A stretch of 64,000 nucleotides of DNA, from the NCBI GenBank assembly GCA_040954595.2, contig CM082592.2:5818308-5882307 (forward strand), in the 5' to 3' direction. This DNA comes from Balanoglossus misakiensis (taxonomy: Eukaryota; Animalia; Hemichordata). The notes under the pieces were generated by a model. That model was not told the origin of the DNA. It searched no databases and worked only from the letters and a program-made list of their open reading frames with translations. Below are positions 1 to 13,500 of the stretch, piece after piece (the first letter of the stretch is position 1; each line of letters begins with the position of its first letter). The translations under genes were made by a program, and so were the position numbers.

Positions 1-3000
1 ATCCGAAATATTCCGGAAGAAGGGGTTAACATCGCCGGGAATATCACAAATGAATGATAAAGGATCCGTTGTGATGTAAATTGAGCCCTAAAATAAATTT
101 TCCACTCGGTTATTTCTGAACAAGACAGTCAATGGCTGTAGCAGCGGAACACAACAGAACATTGCCGCAGCAATACGCCACTTTGAATGTTAACATTTTA
201 ACATTTGTTTGGCACTATAATTGCACAAAACATTTTTGCTTGAATAAACATCGTGATGAAACAAGGCTTCGCCACAGGCTGATCTATCATTCATGTTGCT
301 TGTCGAAGTGACTCATTCAGGTCAGGATTTTCCGTTTTTTAGTTTATAACACCATCCTAAAACAGGCTCACTTCTGATCGGTCAGTAGAAATCGAGCGTT
401 TTCGGTTTTGTGGGTTGCGTCCCATCAAATTATGGTATTGGACAGGTTAACAGATATTTAACAGTTCCTCTCTGCCGACAAAAATCCGGTTACAGCCAGT
501 TTACCTGGCCAAATGGACAACTTTCATGGAAAATATGTCGTGTTTACCCTCGCACTGCCGCTGACAACTCCCCGAGATAAAAGCCCCCTTCGCAAATTCG
601 ATAAACTGCCTTTTCAGGTATGTCGCACGTCCTCCCGAACTATAGAAACGCAAGCTGGTCACGTGATCAGGCCAACACTGGCCTGTTTGCCCAGCTGTCA
701 CTTATGTGTGATTTACTGACAATTGGAAAATTGCGGCAGGGATCCTTTTTAATATAGCGGATCAAAATATGAGCTAACAAATGGGTGTCCTTTGCCATAT
801 ACAAAAAATACAATAAAAGATTTAACTTCATTCGTAAACTCCGATCAAACAGAGACAAGCGAAATGTCGACGTCTGTTTGCACAATTCGATCCCCGCTTG
901 AAAGACAGAATTTCCATCGGTGAGGCAAACCTGAATCTGGAGTGACAATGTCACGGTATAAAACGCATGCCTCTCTAGAGCCGCGGGCTCCTGCACGAGC
1001 TGCCACTTTTTCGCATTATTTTCACGATTTCTACTTTCAAGCTTAAATTGGCCCATTTAAAATAAGCTCACTGATGGGTATACACAACGCATTATCGAAC
1101 TCCCATTGTGGCTGTGGTGCGTTTAAATGTGAACAAGTTAAATAATAAATGGACGCCGCATCCGTTTATTCAGCCTCTCGTTGCAAGAGTACACATCGTG
1201 GTATGCACATGCACACAAATCCAAAAAGGGTGCCATCCGTCGGCTAAGCGTAAGGAGAAGAGTGAGATATTTTATCGCTGAAAATGTGCTACAAGTGGCA
1301 TCTCGTGAGGCTTTAACGGGTCGTTAGATGTAACATTTGGCTATGTTTTCTCAGTATATTATGTGCTCATATCGTATAGCCCAAATCACAGCTCTACGCA
1401 GGTTTAGGTTAGACATCATTTGAGTGACAAAAATTGTTTCGGATTTGGTGTTGAAACATTTCAAACTTCAATCCAACCAGCGGTCTCTTTTTTCCATCCC
1501 TTGGCATTCTTGGACGAGTTCCAAACGCTAACACCGAACGTCCACAAAGTTTATTTGCACGTCGTCCCAATAATGTGAAGGCTGTTCCCCGGGTTTGTTG
1601 TTTCGGCCTCTCCTGAAATCATCGCGTTTTAATTGGAAAACACCGGGCGAGCTGTTGGCATAGACACCTACAATAACACGCGGGTCTCCCGGGACCAATC
1701 GCAAATAATTAAGCCTATACCTCTCCACTTAATTAATAACGCTGTGAGCGGGAGTGAATGGGCATGGCACACGCACTTTTTTCCCAGACCAATCCACATT
1801 CATTAAATGCCATTATGAATCAATTAAGGGCGATCATTAATTGACGCCGCGGGTTTACGTAACTCATCACCTTGATAGCGATTGCTTACAGTTGAGGTGT
1901 TGGGCATGACACGAGCGGTTGATATTCGATTGTGCGGCAGCCGGTTTCTGCCGAGGCCCAGGGTGTTGCGTGTAATTGCTCGGTGTTTGTCCCGCGGCTT
2001 AGGGACTAAAGTACCTGCGGCAAAGTATTTTAGCAACGTTCGCAATACACATAAGAGGCCATATCTGGCCACAACATAAATATACAAAACAGGGTTTCTT
2101 TGCCAGGCAAGGACAAGGCGATTTGTGGCCATTTACAAGTTATACGTTTTAGGCCCAAGTGAATAAATATGTTGCGTTTTGGTTTTGACAATTACAATAA
2201 GATTTTTACAAAATTGCACAAAACCAACAATTTACAGAATTAAGTCTGTTTGTTGACATTCCTGTACTTAAGTGTTTAAAAGGCATGAAATCGTGGCATT
2301 TTGCTCCCAACCCATGTTATCGTAATTCGGCCTATGGAATATAGATAAACTGCAAAAATGTTCAGTTTATTATAAATGGTCACATTTCCGTACATTTAAT
2401 CTCCAAAGTTCAGAGTACAAGCCTATACTACACGTTATGGTACTTAAAATATCATTCCTTCGGAAAAGTCGAGAACGATGCAATTATTAAAAGTGAATCG
2501 GATGACGATTTATGTGGGATGGATTCCTTGTTCTGCGTGGGAGACTTCAAAATTGCGAAGTAATTGAACACGAATCGGAGTCAGAATCGGTGGTGTAGTC
2601 AAGAATGCGCGAAAGCCAGCCTTGATGTTTTTGAAATAAAGTTTCGTGCTTTTCGCATAAATATCCGTCTGTCTGGACGAATGCCGACCTAAATTACCAA
2701 TTTAATATTAAAAACTCAAGTTATCAGATGGATTAGCCGATTCCAAGAGGTAATTGCGGATATTGCCATGCGTCTGTATTTCAGGGTTTTTTTCATCTGT
2801 TTGTTTTGTTTCCAAACGGAAAATTCCATCGTTGATACCAGCAGCTAAGTTTTCATTCGAGTATTCGAATATTTCATCATCACTTATCGGGGACGTCAAT
2901 GATTTATGCGCGTATTTGAGGCAAGCAAGTTCGGGCGCGCGCGTAACGCGGGAGCCAGTGCAACAACCGCGCGCGTTCCCATGGCAAAAACAAACCAGCA

Positions 3001-3298
3001 ATCTCTCCGACGGCGAGCTGATCCACTCGAATTGATTTGCGCAATTTGAATTGATGTAACCACACAGCGGGAAGGTGTTCTAGTTTAACAGGCTCCGAAC
3101 TCGCTTGACACGAATTTAATTAAATTCGGCAATTTGGGCTGCACAACGTAAATCATGGAAACCGCAACATTGAAACACTGAACTACATTCAGTCTGTAAG
3201 CTTATACTGCGTCACGCATACAGTAAATATATACGAGTAAATCTAAAAACGTTAGTTATTGAACTTAGGCCTATAGACTAACTGATGCATGTATTGAT

Positions 3299-3477
3299 TC
3301 ACACACATACACATATATAATACGTACATGTACATACATAATACATAATACATACATACATACATACATACATACATACATACATACATACATACATACA
3401 TACATACACACACACACATACACACATACACACACACACATACATACATACATATATACATACAGACACACAGACAG
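3299..3477. repeat. Compound (ACAT)n/(CA)n microsatellite
   Basis: Directly visible tandem repeat. Confidence 0.95.
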
Positions 3478-6400
3478 AATATTTTCTTATTTAAAGTACA
3501 CGTTGACCTTGCAATGGTGCTACTCATTCACAATCAAGGAAACCATATCACGTAATTGCCGAATACCTCTGAGACCCCTTGTGCGAGTTCACTGCCGCGA
3601 TGATATTCAATTTGTGAATACCAAGAATTGACGACGGGAAACGAGCGACCTTTCATAAATATTCATGAGTTTCGAGCAATGTCGAACTAAACCTGCGTGT
3701 TCATCGGCTTTAAAAAAATGATGCTTGGAAGTGATTGGTGACGTAATTGTATTTATTGTGCCTGAACACAGATTTTTTACTGGTTCGCGAGTGGAGACTT
3801 GCCGTGTGTCTGTTGATGATTTTTATTTGGAGGGATAGTCTCTTCCAAACACACTCTTGCTGAACGCATTGGAAAGTGTTCCCCGCCGTGACGGTGACGG
3901 TGGCAATGTCGAACTGAATAATTTATCAATGTCAATTACATGTTTTGTCATCGGGTTATTCTTACAGTTAATTAAACGCGCGCAGTTTCGGACGCACTGT
4001 AATCTGTAGTATTTTTCAACATATTCATGATCTTAGCAAGAACAAATCAACCATTAAATATCTACACCGGCTTAGTTTGACGAAATGACCATATTCCATT
4101 TTCTGAATTATTGCCTGCAAAAGCCAGCCACTGGGACTTTAAACACCAAACGCTGTGAAAGGAAATTATCCCTCTTGTTCGAGGATGGCTCTCGAGAACA
4201 TGCGCAAACACATCGTGTAAAATTAATTGAGTGCATTTACAGAGCCAGTGTGTTGCTACGTGCGACGCGTTTGCGCCATTATTTCCCTCGGCAAATTGCT
4301 GTCATTTGAACCTTACAAATTGTGGCTTGCAATAAAAGCGTTTCGGCTTCCCCGGTTTAGTTGAAAGTGGTTGAAATGGGCAGGGTGTCTACCGCGGCGA
4401 GCATCATGGCAGACTGCGCATGAGCGGGCCCATGCTCTTTCGTGTGGTTGACAGTTTTGACTGTCTTGTGACCGATAATACGAGGCATACTTTTGTACAC
4501 TACACGTAAAGGATGTTCAGCTACTTTTTGTGAGTAAACAAGAATTCCTGCCGTTGACCTGCGAAATTAAAACAATATCAACTACTAAGCTAGGTCTTTC
4601 TCGCACACCAAAATGACCGGAGGCCGCGTGTTCCAAAAATGACACAATCATCAGCTCGCTCGTTGCAAACATTGGTGCGTGTCATCCTCCATGATTGATT
4701 GCGGATAATTTCATCCTTATAAGCCTGTCATCAACATTAATAGTTTCTATAAAAATTCGTTGTGTTGCATTTCATTTTCTCCGAGGCGAAGGGTCGCCCC
4801 TCTCTCGTTTCGCTATCGCCATAAAACTGTTATCCGCATTCGCGGAATAACAAGAAACTCAACCTATATACGGCATGCAGCTCTGCGCATGTCCCCCCCC
4901 CCCCCCTTTCTCGCGTCTAGTGTCTTGACAGTTGCTCCGAAGAAAAAAAATAACAGAACGAAATTGACATGCTGAAACGCGGCATGTTGTGTACAGCATG
5001 TGGTACTGTGTTTCTTGATTGGAAATTGTTAACATAACTGGTGCGTTACCGGTAAACCTGGGTCTGGTGACTGTCGGACTGATTTCGAGCTCTGAGTCCA
5101 AAAACACCCACCCACACACACACATAACGAGTCGAGTCCGTCAAGGACGATTTGTTCGACCGTGCTCTGACTACTCGTGATACTGTCAATGAAATGTGAT
5201 TACAAATTAGCGGAGGAGTTTCGCCCGGAATCGAATTTTGTCTCAACAATCGCAGATGGGGCCTCGCATTCTGACACAGTGACTGTATAGGCGAATTGAC
5301 ATCTCAGGCAACTATTTCGTTGAAATTGTCTCCGTGTTAAAATCCAAATCCCGTCCATAACTTGAAATCTCACGGCGACATTATGTGTACATTCAGTTAA
5401 AAGGGGTTGAATTTCGATCTGCAATAGTCAAACCTAGCCAAGCAACAAGGGAGAATCATTTGATTTCTGGGGGTGGAGAATTTCTGGAGAGAAAAAAATC
5501 TTGGCAGATGGTGCAGAGGAAATAATTCTTCTGCTTCCTTGAGAAAAAAAAATTAACTCGGTTTGTTCACTTATCAATCCAATAAATTTAAACGCATAAA
5601 TCATCTACAAAGAAATCGATCGATCGGTCAATTTGACAGATAAAAATTATTCACTTTAGAAAATCTGGGATTACTGCAGTTGACAGCAGTGGTATACAAA
5701 ACGGAAGGTATTTTTCAAGGCTTCGATAATTTCGCACGCTTGTGCTTTGTCATGCGCGATCGGAGTCTTGAACGTGTTCCGACCCCATTAATGTAACATA
5801 AACTTCGCAAGTGCCGTATATTTCACCCTGGCGTCGACGGGTTGAGCGAGCCGTGACGACGCGAACACGCTAAAACCCGAGTGGACTTCGCGCACAATTA
5901 ATCGACACGGACCCAGCCTCCCCGATCTCGAATCATGAACGCGTCGCTGCGTCTGAAATGTGTCGAGAATCAGAAATTGTCCTTTTTTACCACCGAGAAA
6001 TGGGCTGCCCTGTTGAGTGCGGTTAGGAATGAAATCGGACATGGGCAGGTACTTTAAAGTGAAATTGCAAACAGAAATCGACATGTTGGGATGTTCGTTA
6101 CACGGTAGCAAGCCCACTTGGCATTTGCCAGGATGGGTCGATGACGCGTTGAATGTAAAGGTGTACATGTACATCTATACCCAACGCGTGCCGAGAACTC
6201 GCATATATGTGAGAACTCATTCTCGGTGCAGTTAATACGGAACATAAAAATGCCACTGCTGTTCTGGGAGTTGTGATCTACCGTTGCGAGGGAGGTACTC
6301 GGTTTACCGAACAGTCACACGATCCCAATCACTCATTAGCAGTGTAAACATATCCACGTTTATCGGGTAGTCCGTGTCACGACGTGGAGCTCGCATCGAA

Positions 6401-7370
6401 GGGGTCCCATACCTGAACGTCTCTTAATTGCCTGTAGACGCCTGGAACCCATGCAGGCTGTATGGCAAAGCACAGTAAATTTCAAAACTAAACCGCGTCG
6501 TGTTCTTGACAACGTCCTTTGGAAATAGCAGCATTTTAAGTTGAATTGGGAGATTATTATCGGCCCATTTTATGTGATTTTTTATGGGTACCGCGTGGCG
6601 TGTCAATTGACGTGATAAAATGCCAAAATGTTAGAAGCAAAACTACTCTAGAGACCGGCCCAGACTGAATCCCCCGGTGTCGATAATCGACGTGCTTGTC
6701 TCGGGAACTGTATTAGACCTCTGGCCCCATTTGTTAAACGGTTTGCCCTTCTTGACGAAGTGAACATCGTCCACACGGATGCTGTATACGGACGAAAAGA
6801 GGCAGAGGAGGGCAATAATCTGTCGCCGACTGCTCTTAAAACCAGAGTCGCTAAGAAAACATTAAAGGCATCGCGTCTGCATGATGTAAAAGTCTTCTGC
6901 ACTTTTAACTTTCACGGCTGTCGATGCAGACACAAGTCTCTCCACCAGAACGGTGTATCTGTCCCCTTACGGGGGGACACTGACCTCTCCGAAGAAGCGA
7001 ACGATGATGAATCAAACCACGATGGTTTACGTACATGCAAGGGAACGTGTCTCTATGACTCTTGGTGACGTCCTTTTTCGGAATTTCAACTCCTTGTATC
7101 GTTTCATTTTTTGTTCGGTCTCCTGCCAATAGCATGCAGACATGCCAGACATCGATGCACCCAGCAACTTGTCGACGAAGACGGCACGTGGTGAACAAAG
7201 TTATTGTTGACAGCTGCGTTAACGTTGTGATGCGGACTAAAATTCAGTCACGGTGCGCGTTGCACGTTCAAAGCTCCGTTACAGCAGCGTATATCCGTAT
7301 ACATGTACAGTGATTAGCAAGTAAATCAGAAACATGAAATTGCTGAACGTATAACGAAACGGCCAGTTTC

Positions 7371-7580
7371 ACACATACATACGTACATGCGAAACATGCA
7401 TACAGTTATACATACACATGATACATACATTAAAACACATACACTCACAAATATGCATACACGCATTCATACACACCGTGCATACACACACATACACTCA
7501 CACGTACATACGTAAGTACGTACATTATATGTGATGTGTGAAGTAAAATACATGTACATGTATATTCACATTTATATATC
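7371..7580. repeat. Degenerate (ACAT)n/(CA)n low-complexity tract
   Basis: Interrupted ACAT/AC repeats. Confidence 0.75.
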
Positions 7581-10500
7581 ATTATCAGAAAGACAATTCG
7601 CTTCACCAAAAAACAAAAATGGCCACGGGGAATCAAAATGACTGAGGGTTCGCTCCGACGACTTAACCTCGATATTCTTCACCTCGAGCGATGGCACTCA
7701 AGCGAGAATGGGAAACAAATCCCAGCGGTTAATTAACCTTGTCACAGAGGGCCTATCGGTTCTGACGGCGTCGCGAAAATAGCAAAAGTCGCCCAATTCG
7801 AATCCTGGTTTTCTGACTGGAAAGGGATCCCTGCAAGGGACGATTAATTGTTCGTCTCTGACTCCAAAACCCACGCAACTTTGTAATCACTGAACGACAC
7901 GCGTTTCTCTCAGCGATATCCTTTGATCACGTAATCGCCCGGCTGACTGTCTTTTACTCGGAACATTTTATTTCTTCGCCACCCAGTCAACTCAATCACT
8001 ACAAGGCTAGACTTACCACTTCGTGATGAAAAAAATAGATAATACTTAGTATCACTTTGCTCATGTAATTTGCTCATCAGATTTTTTGGCTTCCCACCCC
8101 CAAGAAATTAAAAGTGCGAAAACTTGATATCAAAATAAAATCGGACAGCAGAAGATGATTGTTAGTGTGTTTAAGACAAGTAAATGGTTTTCGTCAGGTA
8201 TCGACGAACTTTCTACAGCATCGCGTTTTCGTTTTTCCCTGACCTCGATTCCAAAGGGTCAACTTCATATTAGCAAGTTCGATCGAGTAAACCGCGATTA
8301 ATGCGAGCGATGAATCGCCGCAAATGGAAAGCGGCCGTAATCCCGTGCGCATACAATCATTTCACTTTCCTCCGTTTACAAATAAATCGCGAGGTCCCCC
8401 CCCCCCCCACACACACACACACACATTTGTCACATTAATCCCCAGAACAATTGCTTTGCGGATAAATGCTTTGGCGAGGAATTGGTCGTTCATGGCGATG
8501 GAATCTCTGTTATGTTTGCAGGCCTTTGCAGCGTGAGATCATAGTTGGAAAAAAAATCGAGACGCAAAAACTCGGGCATGTGACGGGCGATATGCAACAG
8601 CCCGGTTTCGTCTTTCTCGTCGTAAACGCATCCGAGAATTAGGATGTTTTGAATTCGTAGTCAGTGAGCGCCGAAATTCCAAAATTTATATTTATGTAAA
8701 TCTTCCCGGATAGAAAAGGTAAGCGCTGTCACAGTTGGCAGTGGTAATTTCGAGGCAGCGTACAGCGTACTTGTCCGACGAGGAGACAAATATGTGCGTT
8801 GTCAAAAACTTCTAACAAATGCGTCTGGCTGGAACGTGCCCGACGGTCACCACAGTTCACAAGACTTCCGCGAAAACATCGTTCTTGACTTCATTGAATG
8901 CAAAACAGATCATGTCAGTGCGGCGGAGGGGCACGCTTCCGACAGTGGTACTGTACGTTTAAGTTCAAAATCGCCATATTCCGACATTTTTTCCTAATTT
9001 GTGTAATTTTCGCATTTATACTGAGATATGCTGAATTGTCGGTACCGCAAATGCCCTGCTTGAAGAAACAGCATCGATTTCTCTTTTGAAAAAAACAATA
9101 AAACTATAATAGAAATTAATTTTCCATAATATAAAATAAAAATAAAAACACGCCAAAGGCATCATATCTGCTTCCGATTTCAGGGCGAATGTGTTTCCTA
9201 CGCTGTCATGCCTCAGGGAAAATATTCGATCCATCGTCGACCAACCCACATCCACGCCAACTAGAAACTGTTAAAATTATCGATCGCTCAGGTCAAAGTT
9301 CAATCAACTGATCAAATAATTATGCATAACTAATTTCGTAATAACCGGAACATTGCTCCCTCGGTCAACGCGTGACCTCCCGTTCTCTCGCAAATAAGTT
9401 ACGTGTTTGTCTGGGCAATAATTCATGACGTGTTCCACTGTACTGAATATTCATTTTGCCGAGCATAATTTCATCCGACACTTGTTTCTCTCGTCTGCTA
9501 AGTAAAATATCACGATTTGAATCAGGCAACGCATATTCCGTCATCATGAATTTCATGATATATGGACCACAGTTAGGCAATGATTTTTTTGCGATAGTTG
9601 TTCTTTTAGCTGGTTTACGATTTTGCTGTGTTGGATAAGTGATTATGATATAATATGATACGATTTGATTTGATTTTTGCTTATTTTCTATATACAGTGG
9701 ATATCTAATTTGCGCTATTCTTCTAGAAGGCCGGTTTTCTACTTTTTCTGAACTGCGAAATGAAGGTGGAATTCCCTAGAGAGATTATATTATATCCGAT
9801 ACCGAACGACCTTCCAACCGACATTGTCAAACAATTTTCACTGTCCCCTTCAATTCGGCCTACTGAAATATTACGACAGGTTTCGCGAAATGGGGTTTGT
9901 AGGCTTGGGAAGTTAAAAGTTCAGGATTGCCCCCACGGGTACTGTTTATATTAAGTCATTTACACATCGAGGTCCTTTTTACTTCCCGTTGAAAATTTCC
10001 TCCACCGAGACACCTTTATGCTTTCTGCTCAATCCTCGCGAGAGACGAGCCTCTTTAGCTGGTGTCAAAGGTCACGCCGAGGTTCAAGCGGCGCTGAATA
10101 CGAAAGGGATTAGAGGGGCTGGCTAGTTGGCATTAAGTAAATCTGGTAATTTCGTTTTCATAGCCAGAATCCAATTAGGCGAAACAATCCCCAACACTAT
10201 AGTTTGGCTTATGGCCCGAGTACGTCTGCAAGTCGTGACTACGTGTCTCCGTTACATTTCGCACCGGTGATAGACATACAGTGGCCGCAGTAAAAAAAAA
10301 TCTGGTTCAGTATGTTCCATTTTCTACTTCCTGAAACTGTACAATTTGCGTTGGAATAATCATTTCTTTTGGTGACGTTGCTTATTTTTACACGGTGTTA
10401 GACCTTTGTTTTGCATTCGAATATCAATACGATAAATTTAATTCAGAAATATTTAAATACGCGTAGTAAAATGCTAACTACAAGGTTTAATTTAAAGGCG

Positions 10501-13500
10501 TCCTTCTCAATCCCGGGTTCTCGTATTTAAAGGGGGTGGATATTGCTCCGTTATCATTCTGCCAGCCTATCGTTCTCCACTGACACATTTGTTAAGTAAA
10601 AACAATGCCGCATGATTTAAGGGAAGGGAGTGGCGCAAAATATGAAAGCAATTCTCCGTGGCCTTGGAAATCGTTTCCAAAAATTCCACAAGTCGCAGTC
10701 AGATAGCATCACTCGTCCGTGATGATTGAATTCAGGCGTATGTCAAGCGGTGCTATTAGCCTCATTTGCTGTTTACAGTTTTTTTAGGGAAGGGGTTAGG
10801 TGTACTATTCGGTCATTCATTCCATTATCCTTTTTAAAGCGACAAAGTCGCCCACTTTTGATGTTATTTGGTTGTTTTAGTCACTTTTGATGGATTATAT
10901 ATGTTGTTAATATGTTCACTGAAATGTGTCAATGAAAAATAATCTTGGTATTGACCAGAAATTAGGTGATGGACGTATTCATGTGTTATGACCATGTAAA
11001 AAACGTGAATTCAGCTCGCGTACAACCTGGCATTGGCCATATTTTAGTAAGTACGGTAGAACAACATTAACAAAATCAGTGTATCAAAAGAAAAATAACT
11101 GTCCCTGTAACGAGTGAAAACATCTTGTCCATGGGACTCGTTCTCAAAGTAAGGTTTCCCGCAAAGAAGATGGCGGACAGAGAGGGATAATGCGAACTTT
11201 GAGTGGCTGGCAGTGCTATTGCAGAATAAATCCTACATTTTGACCTTAATACTGTTAATTTCCTATCAGGATTAAATCGCATTTACCGGTTCTTCGGGGA
11301 ATGTGAGCAATAATAACCTTGAGGGCTATGGCGTTTTGGGATTGAATCTTGTGTGTAAACTATAGTCTGTCCCCTTTTCGAGTCAATGCTTTCGCTGGGG
11401 TCAGTTATGCGATTCCGCTGGTTTCTTGACGTCACACGGCCTGGGCGCACAGTGCGGTCAAGATCAGTCACCTCGAGCTCCCGTCAGTGAAGATTTGACG
11501 AGTTCCGACATTGAAATCCACTCTATGTACAAGGACTCGGGCAGATGTAAAAAGAAGCTGTATTACAAAAAACAACTTGCGATTTATCGCTTATGATCTT
11601 GGATGTGACCTTGTTCCAGGGAAACCGCTAGATATAACGTTACAGAGCTCAGGCCACGTTACGTGTACTGAGAAGAACATGTACAAGTCCGGTAAACACG
11701 GGCGGGATAATTTATCGTCTGCAAAAATCTCAGTAGTCTCTTGACTTTAATCAATGAATGATGAACTGCACTGAACTACTTTATTCCATGACCTGCAGAC
11801 GGGATATCGCCGCGCACTGCCGTCGCATTTCCGCGCTGACGGGGGCAGTTTTAAAGCCCCGTCCAATAATTTTGTCCCCAAAAAGCTCTTCAAACAGCTG
11901 GTACTCTAGATTTGCTTTCCAGTTTATGAACGAGATGTGGCTCCACCTCATAAATGTAAACTTTTGGGAAGCTGTCGACCTGGCCTCGTCCATCAATTCG
12001 TCGCGGCCATTAATCCTCGATGAAATCAATGACAGTTTAAAATATACAACCATATATCAACCCTATTTTCCTTGATTTTTGAAGTTTTCTACAGATGGGG
12101 GTTCAGTCACTCGTTTAAAGGGGCGTATAATTTTTTTTAAGTGCGTGGGTGTGAACGCACTTACAATTTCGCCGTCACCGACACTTGATTCGACGTTTAT
12201 GTCATGGCATATTTATCGCGTAATGGTAGGAGAGCGAACCAGTTTACGCGAATTGGGAGCTTCAAATTAAATGACGAAAGACGAGGTACTCACCAGTGAA
12301 TGTGAAGAGGAACACGGTACCGATAATCGGCACGAATCTCCAAGGACGCAGCTGTCTACAGCGAGACATCCCCATCGTCACAAAGCTCCGCTATCTGGGA
12401 GTGCGCGGCTGTCCAGCTGCAATTTCAACAACGCGGTGGTGATGCTGATGACACTACCCGTTGGAATCGTGCTGTGTCGCGATGTTCGTCGCCACCGTTC
12501 GCGCGAATAATACACCAACATCCAGAGGAAGGAAACGTGAACGGCTACACGAGGTGGTTCTTTTCACCCCTCACAGCCCCCCGAGAAAGAAAACAAACCG
12601 AGAACGTACAGGAGTCGAGCCTCTTCTTGGGAAAGACGGTTTAGCAGAAACGTGGTCTGGTTTTCTTTCCGTCGCAGGAAGATACGACCGGCCCGGCGAT
12701 GATTTCACTCCAGAGGTCACAGACACGACGCTCAGAAAATGTCAGCTCAAGTTGTACACGCAGATATAAAGGGTGTTTCCAACACACATCAGCGGCTTCC
12801 TAGCTACGCAGTGGATCCGCCAGCCTCCTCGCCTTCTTCAACTCTTTTTCATTCAACGATGCCAACACCACCAGCGAGCCGTATTATTTGCAGAAGTGAC
12901 CACTACGTCCGGGCAGCCGGGGCGCTGCAGTCGTCGAACACGGAATGCCCCTCAAAGGCACCGAGCATCATCATTCGCACACGGAAAAAAAAGCTCCGCT
13001 GGATGTCGAGTGTACGCATGTGCGCCACAGGAAAACAAATTCCCGGCGGCCGATTAGCGATTTAACAGAAACCGTGTCAAATTAAAATGCAGCGAGAAAC
13101 TCAAATGAACACGCGTACACCTGCTCGCCGGCTGGCGTCTCATCGTCGAGCGGACCACCCGACGCAGAGAATGGTATCGCCCACATTTGGATTCCAAACA
13201 ATGTTTTTAAAACTCGTCGTGCGAGAAGATAAAATGTACGGCCCAGTGCGGGGTTCAATTTGATCATAATCTGGCCTCACTTCAGGTCAAATAGCTTCCA
13301 AATTACAGTAAAAATTTTAAGGCCCAAGTTAATTGGGTCCCCTCCCCAGGCGAAACAACAAAACCATCAAATTACAACCTCAGGTACGGAACTATATGTC
13401 CTCCATTTATTTGCCATGTTTCGTGTTTTCTCGTGTCGTTCGACTGAAATAATAACATTACCAACGTTCTGTGTCTGATTCGTGAGAAGCACAGATTCAC

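Noticed and set aside
3252-3527. MYVC-repeat ORFs
   Set aside because: Translation of a microsatellite.
7760-7830. tRNA/SINE-like TTCGAATCC
   Set aside because: No cloverleaf, A-box or tail could be built.
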